From Lepidodermella squamata (lineage: Eukaryota; Animalia; Gastrotricha), in assembly GCA_047495785.1 (NCBI GenBank), contig JBLDXI010000023.1, forward strand, positions 372,001 through 436,000: a DNA stretch of 64,000 nucleotides, written 5' to 3'. Below the pieces are notes generated by a model. That model had not been told where the DNA came from and made no database searches. It saw nothing but the letters and a program-made list of their open reading frames with translations. Shown in pieces: positions 11,971 through 22,400 of the stretch. Within the stretch, counting starts at the first letter, position 1; the number at the start of each line of letters is the position of its first letter. A program made the position numbers and the translations under genes.

Positions 11971-14181
11971 CTATTTTTTACGAATTACTGCCGGATAAAA
12001 CCAGGTCGACGACATCATCAGGGAAAAAACAACAACCATCAAGCTGATAGCTGACTGCTGATCGACCGGATTCTCAGCAAGTGTGTAGCCTATCAACACC
12101 CCTGCAGGCAGCACAGACGCGCATATTAGCACAGAGACACAGGATGCCGCGAATTCACGACAATTTTTTGACACACCTGGAATTTGCTTGAGTTTAAATG
12201 CAACCATTAATCCGGCAATGAGAAGCGCCATCTGATAGGTGGCAAAAGCGCTTAATATTGACCAAGCCGATTGGGTACATTTGACAAACCAAGATTCCTC
12301 TTGCTCGTCCAATATTTCATCATATTTCGGCCGGAAGTTGGTCTCTTCACGACAGTCAATGTCTTGAACAGCTGCCCATGCTATCGCAAGTCCAAAACTA
12401 GGGATAGAGAGTATGGCTCCGAATTTTGCTGAGAGCCTGTCGATATTCATGTAATTTTTTGAATTGAGTTTAATCGCTTTTGCATGATCACGACTTGAGA
12501 TGCTAGACATTACAGATCGTACTGTGAGATCAGCTGTTCCTTGGCGACCCAAATCTTTCAAAACAGACCGGATAACAAATATTCGCGATGTAACGCAGCT
12601 GCAGATGATACCTAATCCGAAACCTAGCAGGCAATAAGAGCCAATTTCATTGTTTCTCTCCTTCTCCGCGGCGGAAAACGCGGAAGACGTGGTTAGAATA
12701 ATGCAGCCGATTAGACTAATTACTTTCGAGAATCGATAGCGGTAAACGCGCCTTTTGAGAATTATGGCGAAGATGCCAGAAATCTCGATGAAAAACGCAA
12801 TAGCGATGATAAACGACACAGCTACTTTAAACGCGAGCGACACATGAACGTGAATTAGTCGAAGCAATGGTCGATCTCGGGGAGGTGAGCCTAGAATCCA
12901 CTCAATTTTCGAACCGGTTGATTGAAGCGATACATTTCCACTAAGACCTTGTTGTGAGAAGAAAAGCTGGCGTCTCCCAGATGATTTCGTCCATTGCATA
13001 ACTGCTTGTAGACCGCCTACCAGTTGGCCGTTATCGTCATAAAACGTCTTCCCAACCCTGAGCGTTTTGTACTCCAGTGATAAAACAGCGTTCCTAGCTG
13101 TTCTAGCTATAATTTGAGGTTGATTAGGGTAGTCACGCAAGGATAGGTTGAATTCAGCTTTCAGCCGACACTCAGTTTCATTCAGAGCTAAAAGAACAAT
13201 ACTCAAAGCTGAATGAATGGCGAATGACGAGCTATACTCCTCCGGTAGCATATTTGTAGCTCGCGTCATGTACCGCTCGAATTCGGCGACCGTATCGCCT
13301 AAATCACTGACTGAGTCTATGCTTGTCGATTTGGGCAGAGTTTCGATGTAAAACGACTGTCTGGTTTGCTCCAGCAGGATATCCGAGGGGCAATTTGGCA
13401 GAGTTGTTAATGAAAATGCAGAAGCAACCAAGATGAAAACGAACCGAGGTCCGGTGATTCCAACTTTGTAAGCCTCGCAAAGCAGACGGCTCACTGGGTC
13501 TGGAAGAGTCATCATAATGACAATAATTCTGAGCCCGGATTTTTTCAACGATTCAGCAAATTCGGTTGTCACCTCGTTCATTGCATTGAAAAATGGGATT
13601 TCGATTCCGTTTGAGATTGCTCGGCCATGAAAGGCCAAAGCTGATGCGAAATCGCTCGAATCTGTGGTTGTCGTCACTAGACCCAGTCTACCCCATTTGC
13701 CAACATTTTTCACAAAACTGAGCATTGTAAGCACCGTTGTTTCCGAGGAAGCTTGTGACAGTAACAAGTTTGGGTACGAGGCAGGAATTCTGCAGAACGT
13801 TGAGATTGAAACAAAGTGGATATGGGGCATAGCCGGACCGAGTGATTTACAGCTCGAAGCAATGCCAGGTCCGATAATGATGGGCGACTGGAGATTCTTG
13901 CCATTTCTTACGAATTGGAATAGTTCATTTACCGCTCGCGTTCCCACCATTTCGTCGCGAACATCGTATTCGATTTCATAGTCCGGCAGAATGTCGCCCC
14001 GAGTGTTGATGATTTCAGTTACGTAAGGTCTAACAAGGGTCCCAGCTCTTAAAACTTTAGGGTCGACGTAGGCAATAGGCGTCAAGTAGAGAATTCTAAG
14101 CCGTGTTTTGTTTTGCGCATCGCAGAAGCAAAAGTAGTAGGATGAAGTCGCAAACAGGAAAAAAATCATTTTGATTCTCAT
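11971..14181 (-). CDS. Orphan class C GPCR, GABA-B-like, intronless; copy 3, intact
   Basis: 736-aa ORF with signal peptide (MRIKMIFFLFATSSYYFCFCDA), VFT, PPRDRP linker, 7 TM helices and a very short C-tail. Confidence 0.92.
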   Translation of the reverse strand: MRIKMIFFLFATSSYYFCFCDAQNKTRLRILYLTPIAYVDPKVLRAGTLVRPYVTEIINTRGDILPDYEIEYDVRDEMVGTRAVNELFQFVRNGKNLQSPIIIGPGIASSCKSLGPAMPHIHFVSISTFCRIPASYPNLLLSQASSETTVLTMLSFVKNVGKWGRLGLVTTTTDSSDFASALAFHGRAISNGIEIPFFNAMNEVTTEFAESLKKSGLRIIVIMMTLPDPVSRLLCEAYKVGITGPRFVFILVASAFSLTTLPNCPSDILLEQTRQSFYIETLPKSTSIDSVSDLGDTVAEFERYMTRATNMLPEEYSSSFAIHSALSIVLLALNETECRLKAEFNLSLRDYPNQPQIIARTARNAVLSLEYKTLRVGKTFYDDNGQLVGGLQAVMQWTKSSGRRQLFFSQQGLSGNVSLQSTGSKIEWILGSPPRDRPLLRLIHVHVSLAFKVAVSFIIAIAFFIEISGIFAIILKRRVYRYRFSKVISLIGCIILTTSSAFSAAEKERNNEIGSYCLLGFGLGIICSCVTSRIFVIRSVLKDLGRQGTADLTVRSVMSSISSRDHAKAIKLNSKNYMNIDRLSAKFGAILSIPSFGLAIAWAAVQDIDCREETNFRPKYDEILDEQEESWFVKCTQSAWSILSAFATYQMALLIAGLMVAFKLKQIPGVSKNCREFAASCVSVLICASVLPAGVLIGYTLAENPVDQQSAISLMVVVFSLMMSSTWFYPAVIRKK

Positions 14182-14689
14182 ATCAATTTTAGTAAAGAAT
14201 GAAGTAGTCTATATCGATAATGAATGGAGTGATGAAAAACGATGACAGCGTGTGATTTTGTGTGTGTTCCGCAGTATGAAAGGCAAAGGCGTAATCAACG
14301 GGGAAAGCCACGAAAAGGACGGTGAATACCTTGCACAAATAATTATGTCTGTGCTTCGCTGCTTTCAAGTTGAGTCACTTCCAGCCCGTTTTATAGATGC
14401 GTGTGCCTTTGCATCACATCGAAGTTATGATCGATAAAGTAACCCCGCGTTATTATCTACGCCACATGCACGTTAAGGAAACTAAGTAACGCTAATATGA
14501 AGGAAAACAGCACGACACAAAAGAAGAATCCTCTGCCTACCAGGCCTGATACCTGATCATGTTCACCGAGAGAATGTCGTGAATGAGAACGCAGTAAATT
14601 GGCTAAGAAATTTCTTATCAGACAAACAAGTTCCACACGATTACAGGAAACAAGCGTAGTTCTGCGCGGCGAATTATTTTGACCGCATA

Positions 14690-14995
14690 CCGCTGGGTTG
14701 GCGGTTTACCGCGAGGCAAGCACCAACTCGGGTCGACCGATTTCCAATGATATATGGCATTCGTGAGACTTCCTGCGTCATACTCATATTGGCGAATAAT
14801 GTGACCGAAGTATTTCAAACGATGCTTTTCAATTATTTTACTTAATTCCAAAACGTCACAGATCAATCTAATATCGATGTTAGGTATATAGTCTGTTCTG
14901 AAAAATCCCATAATGGTTCTAAGCCAGCGCATGAAAGTGACATTCAACCTTTGCTCTTGCGTCGTAGTTAGGTTCCAGGTTTCACAGGCGTAGGT
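14690..14995 (-). mobile_element. RTE-clade LINE fragment (post-RT C-terminus)
   Basis: Translates to YACETWNLTTTQEQRLNV..MRWLRTIMG...RLKYFGHIIR...PRGKP, typical RTE ORF motifs. Confidence 0.8.
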
Positions 14996-15239
14996 AATTT
15001 TTTTGTTATTTGATATGCTTAATCTGTGACCGATAATTCAAGCTCAATTACCAGCTGAACTCCAGAGAATTAGTTCAAACTTTGTCTGACGGCTTTTTTG
15101 CTCCGAAAGCCTTCATCCTTTAAGTAAGATTTGAATATCAATACCAATTCAAAGAATCGATAGCATGTCAGCAACAAACATTGAATTTCTCGGGGTTATC
15201 TTTTCTCTATATCGCGAACTTTTTCGAACGCCTATTCTA

Positions 15240-15500
15240 GATTAGACTTCGTGCTTTGTTATAGCTTGATGTTGCTTGACGTGGTCCGTCTCGAGGTCGT
15301 GTTATCGCGCGACTTAATGGTCTTCTTGGGTGCATGGCGGTCGATAGCACTCTTGAAGATGGCTCGGAAGGCGCACCAGAGTTCCTCGCCGCCGCGACAG
15401 CCCCTGTTGTAGAATACTTTCTACCAGTCGATCGATTTGAGATTTGAGTTGTTGGCGACAGCCTTCTTTGTTGAGCTTGGCTCAAATTTCGATCAATCTG
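15240..15500 (-). mobile_element. CR1/L2-type LINE fragment (endonuclease-RT linker)
   Basis: An alternative minus frame reads NLKSIDW*KVF...ELWCAFRAIFKSAIDRHAPKKTIK, matching the IDW...ID.HAP linker of CR1/L2 ORF2; contains stops. Confidence 0.65.
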
Positions 15501-15752
15501 AAATACCTTCAATCTGAAGCTTTAGATTAAGATTATTTTTAATAGCGTCCTAATTCTGCGTAAGCTTTTTTTACTTTTTCGACTGGACGTTCTGCATAAA
15601 AGCCCACTGCAACCGTAAAACAAATAAGAAAAACAAAATTTGTGTATCTGCTCTATATTATTATTGAATGTGAAGCTGAATTCAACAGAACAGCAACACT
15701 AAACGACTAATTTTCCCAATGCCGACAAAAGAATCAGTTGTTGAGCCTTGGT

Positions 15753-17990
15753 TCATTTAGTCGACCTGTTGGTGTGAATTACTGCCGGATAAAGCAAGGT
15801 AGCCGACAACATCAGAGAAAAAACAACAGTTATCAAGCTGATAGCGGACTGAAGATCAACCGGATTTTCAGAAAGAGTGTAGTTAATGAGGAACCCGGCT
15901 GCCTGCACAGAGGCGCATATTAGCACAGAAACACTTGATGCCACGAATTCACGACAATTTTTAGCAACACCTGGAATTTGCTTCAGTTTGAATGCAACCA
16001 TCAACGCAGCAATGAGAACCATCATTTGATAAACCGTAAAAGCGCCCAATATTGACCAAGCCGATTGGGTACATTTCACAAACCAAGTTTCTTCGATTTC
16101 GTCCAATATTTCATCGTATTTAGGCCGGAAGTCGGTCTCTTCACGGCAATCGACATCTTGAACAACTGCCCAAGCTACGACAAGTCCAAAACTAGGAATA
16201 GAAAGTATGGTTCCAAATTTCGCCGTGAGCCTGTCGATTTTCCTATAGAATTTCGAATCCAGTATGATCGCGATTTTATGAACAGGACATGGCATGATGG
16301 CTATTCTTGACCGGACTCTAGGGATAGCTGCCACTAGGCTATGGCGCCTATAATTATTCAATACAGATCGCAAAACGATAATTCGTGACGTAACACAGCT
16401 GTAGATGAGACCTAGTCCGAAACATAACAGGCTATACGAGGTGATTTCCTTGTTTTTCTCCTTCTCCGCAGCAAAAATCGCTGAAGACGTGGTTAGAATG
16501 ATACATCCGATTAGGCTAATAAATTTCGACAATCGATAGCGGTGAAGGCGCTTTTTGAAAACTATGGTGACGATACCAGCAATTGCGATGGAATACGCGA
16601 TAGCGATGATAAACGAGACTGCAACTTTGAAAGCTACTTTAAACGCGAGCGAAACACGAACATGAATTAGTCGAAGCAAAGGTCGATCTCGGGGAGGTGT
16701 GCCGAGAATCCACTCAATTTTCGAAGCAGTTAGCTTCAGTGTTACGTTACCGCTCAGACTTTCCTGGGCAAGAAAAATATTTCGTCTGCCTGCCGATTTC
16801 GTCCATTGCATAACTGTTTGGAGACCGCCTACGAGCTGACCGTTCTTGTCGTATGATGTCTTCCCTACCCTGAGCGTCTTGTATTCGAGTGATAAAACAG
16901 CGTTTCTCGCGGTTCTAGCAACAATGTCAGGCTGCTTAGGGTAGTCGCGCAAAGATAGGTTGAATTCAGATTTCAGCCGCCGATCAGTTTCATTCAAAGC
17001 TAATAGAACATTGCTAAAAGCCGAGTGAATGACAAAAGACGACAAATAGTCCTCAGGTAGCATGTTCGTAGCTCGCGTCATGTACCGCTCGAATTCTGCG
17101 ACTGTATCACCTAAATCACTGACTGAGTCGTTGTTAGTTGTCTTTGGGAGAATTTCGATGTAAAACGATTGCCTGGTTTGGTCTTGTAAAACAGCCAATG
17201 GACAATCAGGGGTAGGAGTCAAAGAAAATGCCGATGCAAACATTATAAATACGAACCGAGGGCCGGTAATACCAGCTTTGTGAGCCTCGCAAAGTAATCG
17301 ACTTACTGAGTGAGGAAGAGTTATACTAATGACAACAACTCTGAGCCCGGACTGTTTCAACGAATCGACAAAATCAGGCGTGACCTCGTTCATTGAATTG
17401 AAAAATGGAACCTCGATCCCGTTTGAGATTGCTCTGTCATGAAAGGACAAAGCTGTAGAAAAGTCGTTAGAATCACTGGTTGTAACAAGAGCCAACCTCG
17501 TCCATTTGCCAACATTTGTCACAAAGCTGAACATGGTTTGTACCGAGGTTTCCGAGGACGACTGTGACAGAAAAAAGTTCGAGTACGAGGCAGAAATTCT
17601 GCAGAAGGTAGAGATAGAAACCAAGTTGAGATGGTGCAGAGCCGGACCGATTGATTTACAACTCGGCGCAATACCAGGTCCTATGATTATAGGTGCCCGA
17701 AGGCCTTGCTCATCTCTTAGGAATTCGAATAGTCCGTTCACTGCTCGCATTCCCAGCATTTCATCGTGAAATTCGTATTCAATTTCGTAGTCCCGCAGGA
17801 TGTCGCCCCGAGAGTTGATGATGTTAGTAACGTACGGTCCAACAATGGCCCCAGCTCGTACAAGTTTCGTGTCAATGTAGGCTACGGGGTTCATGTAGAG
17901 AATTCGAAGCCGTGTTTTGTCGTGCACTTCGTAAGAGCGCAAGCCGTTGAATTCCACGATAACTACGATAATCAGTGCTGGGCTTGGCAT
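15753..17990 (-). CDS. Orphan class C GPCR, GABA-B-like, intronless; copy 4, intact
   Basis: Inside the 782-aa ORF; the first ATG at 17990 (MPSPALIIVV) aligns with paralog starts. Same VFT+7TM layout, with a 4-aa duplication AFKVAFKV in TM1. Confidence 0.88.
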   Translation of the reverse strand: MPSPALIIVVIVEFNGLRSYEVHDKTRLRILYMNPVAYIDTKLVRAGAIVGPYVTNIINSRGDILRDYEIEYEFHDEMLGMRAVNGLFEFLRDEQGLRAPIIIGPGIAPSCKSIGPALHHLNLVSISTFCRISASYSNFFLSQSSSETSVQTMFSFVTNVGKWTRLALVTTSDSNDFSTALSFHDRAISNGIEVPFFNSMNEVTPDFVDSLKQSGLRVVVISITLPHSVSRLLCEAHKAGITGPRFVFIMFASAFSLTPTPDCPLAVLQDQTRQSFYIEILPKTTNNDSVSDLGDTVAEFERYMTRATNMLPEDYLSSFVIHSAFSNVLLALNETDRRLKSEFNLSLRDYPKQPDIVARTARNAVLSLEYKTLRVGKTSYDKNGQLVGGLQTVMQWTKSAGRRNIFLAQESLSGNVTLKLTASKIEWILGTPPRDRPLLRLIHVRVSLAFKVAFKVAVSFIIAIAYSIAIAGIVTIVFKKRLHRYRLSKFISLIGCIILTTSSAIFAAEKEKNKEITSYSLLCFGLGLIYSCVTSRIIVLRSVLNNYRRHSLVAAIPRVRSRIAIMPCPVHKIAIILDSKFYRKIDRLTAKFGTILSIPSFGLVVAWAVVQDVDCREETDFRPKYDEILDEIEETWFVKCTQSAWSILGAFTVYQMMVLIAALMVAFKLKQIPGVAKNCREFVASSVSVLICASVQAAGFLINYTLSENPVDLQSAISLITVVFSLMLSATLLYPAVIHTNRSTK

Positions 17991-19404
17991 TTCACTGTTA
18001 GATAACAATACCGTTGAAGAGAACTGGTAGTATGGTAGCAAACTTTGATTCGTTATCGTGGTCAAGAAAATTGCAAAAACTAACACGCAACAAACAAACA
18101 AGAGTTAACTTAACGAAATAGAATGCGATCAAAGCGAGCCGATTTTTCGGCGATATGCCTCTCAAAATGCGAAAGAACGAGCATCTCGAAGCTGGTTTTT
18201 TCGGAATAGGTCTGATTTTAGGTCATTTTAGGTACCAAATGCGAGTTATAATGGAAGTTACCTGTCTTCAACAAAAATTGAAAAGGTAGGATGTCTCTAA
18301 ACGTCGATTTGGGACCCCCAGTCAATCTGAATACATCTCGACTTGAAATTTTTACCAGGAGCAACTGACACCATGAACTCTCGACTGGCAACAAAAAGTT
18401 GACCTTTGTCTACGGGAATTCGGTACATGTGACCTTAAAGTTTAGCCCTAACGTGGGGTAATTTTGGACATAATAAATGCGTTGAGCTCAAAGCAGCGGG
18501 AAAACAATTTGAATCGAGTTTGGATGACGTAATCAGTTTCTTGGCACCACGTGCGCATTTTTTTCGGAATTTAAATGAAAGCTTCAAGTTCTGCGATCAT
18601 CTTGACGATTATGAATATGCTAATGAGGTGTCCAAATTTAGCCTAACCACGCACCGCTTTTTTATAAAATCAAGGTAACATGGAAAAATTACCAAATTTT
18701 GCACAGATATGTGAAGTCTGCCCTGAAGTCCCCCTCATGCCCTGAAATTTTCACGTGTGCATTTTTTTTCCTGATTTTCTAGAGCTGAAAATCATGTTTT
18801 TGTCCAAAATAACTAAACTTACGGTAGCGAGTCAAACACATAAAAATGTATATGGACGGCTTCTTTTATAAAATCGGTCCATCTGAAACGGATTATTTCT
18901 GTGTGTTGGACACGCCGTCTTAAACTAGATCGAAGACGGATTTTTATTTCAGATACATGTATTAAATATCGATGAAACCTGCTATATATTTAAAATTCGT
19001 AAGCTTGTGTTGCCTTGTCTAGTCGTTATTCAGAGTTGGCGCCTCGAGGCTCACGTAATATTATTTTTCGCATTCTGGCTGATGAGAAGCCTGAGCGTTG
19101 GAATAACTAAGGTCCCGCGCAGTATTCACCACGCGTTTCTCAATCTAATTAGCGCTAGACAGACAGCTAACGTCTGAGATGAGCCGTGTTTATCGACCAT
19201 CAAGACAGTCGGGTTTCCTTGCCACTAACATATCGGGTTTCTGAAGAACGTTGATCACGCAGGCTGGACTTGGCGGAGAATGAGTTCAAACTGTGCTGCT
19301 CCTGAAGCCTTCTTCGTTTCAAACGCAAAATGTTAAAACCAATTCATAACTTTTATTTTTTCAAAGGCGATAGCGAAGATGATGATGATTAAAACTGTTG
19401 CGTT

Positions 19405-22400
19405 TCAAATGTGAGATAGAGCTGGTAGGCCGAGAATGTTGATGCATGACCCGAGTAGGCTGCGAGTGGCGCGGAACAGCACGAGCCGCGGCTGAGCTTG
19501 AACGGCATCACGGTGTTTCATGTGCAGATGAGCGTCCGAGGCACACGCGTTGGCCAGTTTTGCGAGCTGCAGCGAATAACGCACGAATTGGCTTGGTTCG
19601 AAGTTGTCCACGCAGTCGTGAACGACGTCCTGGAAATGCATCATGTGCCCGATGACGTTGCAAGCGTGAGCTGAGCGTAGCAAGTCGCTCTCGATGCCTA
19701 CGATAGTAAAACAATCAATGATATGAATAAATGCAATGAATTATTATGGATCCCAAACGAATTAACACTTGGATGGACTTAACGACGACTAAATGGGTAA
19801 CTGACCATACCGAAACTACTGAAAGGGACATCGACATTCGACATTCGATTTATTATTATAATAACAACAATAATCAATAAATAAGTTGAAAACCAATACC
19901 TTGCACCATATCAGCATGGCTATCAGCCACAAAACCAACCTGCGCCTCGATTGCGCAAAGTCGAGCGTGGGCGAACTGCAGCGTGACACCAGAATCTGGC
20001 CCCAAGTCCAGCGCGGCCTCCCAACTGAAGCTATGCTTTCCCAAACGCGAACGCTTCAGGTCATTCACTATTACAGCGCTAAGAGCCAGTTTTTCAGCGA
20101 TTGTCTCCTCCTCAGCCTTGTCCATTGGAGGGCGGTGCAGGACGGCGTGTTGTTGTCGGAGCATGGCAACGCAGCGCCGTTTCGCTTCGTCGAGCAGGTC
20201 TTCAAGCAGCACATCGGAAATGTTCGAAACGCGGCTGTAGGGTATGTGAAGTACGGCTGAATCATCGAGACGCTCGCTGTGCTGCGGCTTCAACGCTCGT
20301 ACAATCTATTAAATATCGAATCCGCAACATAAGTTTACGAGGAAAAGAATAAAATTTTGAAATGTTTTAATTAGGCAATCGTTGGTCAGCAATATCCATT
20401 CGCCAAAGCGAGCTAAAGAATAAAGCTTTGCTTCTTGTTCGGTTTCCAATCTAGGAATCTAGGCGGTATGCCTATTACTCCTCGGCGACCGTGAGAAATG
20501 GCGCGGAAACAGGTCGCGAGGGCCAAGAAACTTAATCCAGAGCGAGCCGTGAGAACAAAATGTGTCGCTAGACGTTACAGAACAAAGTTAGAAATCTCCA
20601 CACAAAGCAGGCAGGTAGTCAGACGGCGCTGAGCGAGACTGAAGAAAATACTTTGTGCGACTACCTTTTGAAACTAGCTAATCGAGGGTTCCCGCTCGAT
20701 GAAATTAATGTTCGTGCTCTTCTCAGAAGGTTCCTTATCAAGCGCGGCATAGTTGTCAAATGTTTCAATGAGGGAAAATTACCCGGGCGCGACTGGTATG
20801 TGCCGTTTATGAAAAGGAGCAGAGATCGAAGGCAAAAATCACGGCCAACCTGAATTTTTCTCTCGAATCCGTAAGCTGGTGTCTGTCTGTATGTTACATT
20901 ATTGACTTTTGTTTATCAGTGTGAAGTGGGAAATAATTTATTTGGTCGCTATTTCTCGTCCCCTATTATTTACAGGTGCACACTAGCTATTCACGGCACA
21001 ATGCCCAACTAACAACTTCAATGAAGAAGGGCAAAGTAGGGCTAACACGTCTCTTGGATTCGTCGAGGAAAATCCTGCAAATCAAAGTGAAGATCTGGAA
21101 ATCGATAGGACTAATGCTGGAGAAGAAATGCCGGCAAAAGCGGTATATTCAATATACAGGCTTCATCCAGACAACGATTCGGTCGTAATAGCAACAAAGT
21201 TGAGTTAGTTTGCCGCAGACCCAGGCAAACAGTTGGCTGTCTTGCGCAAGTTGGGCGAGCAGCGAGGTTTGGATGCAGTTCGTGCTAATATATAGCGTGT
21301 AGCGTGAATATTACTCAAGAATAAAGCTTCCCAAGGCTACTTCAGATAATCAGATAATTAGAGTCCGCATCAGATGGGCCACTCAGCTCTAATGCTCACA
21401 TTTGCTCAAATATCCCAATTGTATACGACATATTCGTTTTGAGGCTCACGTCAAAGCGCCGAGAGCCGAGAGTTCCGAGAGGTCAAAGCCACGCCTCGTC
21501 AAAAATCAGTTTGCTGGTGAAAATTTCAGTTAAATGTCGGTTATTTTACAAAATGTGAACTAGTAAATTTTATCGTAGTTCTCTTTTTATAGGGTTCCCA
21601 TTCCGATAAGCGATATGCAATCAAAGTTCTTTACCCAAAAACTTTTTCAAGCTTTAGCAAACCTTTCTAACAGCTTCGAGATGGCCGGATTGAGTATTTT
21701 CAACAATGTAGTGAATGGCATCGAAGTGCTTCGTGAAATTACGCTGTTCAACACGCTTCATCAGCGCAGACACGTCACGCGACAGATAAGCGCTGGAACC
21801 GCCCGGCCGCAAGAACACACGCTGATTGCCTGTTTTAGCAGCACCATCGTCGCGATTCTCATTGCTGTTGCCTTGAACACCATGAATGTTATTGGCTTGA
21901 CGGAAATCGTGATCTGAAACGGGTTGATCTGAATCGGCTTCGATGGACACATGACACTCGTCATTGCCAGCATGCGCCTTGAATCCTGGAATAATAATCG
22001 ATAATCAATTTTTCGAAAAATTGCCTATAGCATGAAAATTCGCACAGCGAAACTAAAACAGTGAGAAAATGCCTCCATCTTATTTCGTGACCCATTTTGG
22101 CCTAAAGAATTCCAAACCGCATGAAATCTGAAAAATCACAAATCTACGAATCTACTACGTCATAGCCCTAACAATCGTCGAAGGGGCATAGTGCGAGATC
22201 CGCGCCAGATACTGGCTTTCTTCATCAACAAACTGATTCAACTCATGTTGCTTCTGCGCAAAAAACTACCCGATGAAGATCATGATCGCCACTGACGAGA
22301 CTGCAGTTTGGCTCAATTCGAATCCGAACGTAACTATTGAAAGACCAGTCGCGAAAGAAGTACTTTCCTATATCGATCGAATCGTCACAGCGCTGTGTCG

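Noticed and set aside
11971-14181. Assigning GABBR1/GABBR2 symbols
   Set aside because: No coiled-coil tail, divergent ligand-site motifs and multiple recent paralogs; orthology is not supported.
18120-19300. Possible DNA-transposon-derived region (also 31660-32140 and 61500-63200)
   Set aside because: TE-like composition, but no matching termini or coding remnants could be established by eye.
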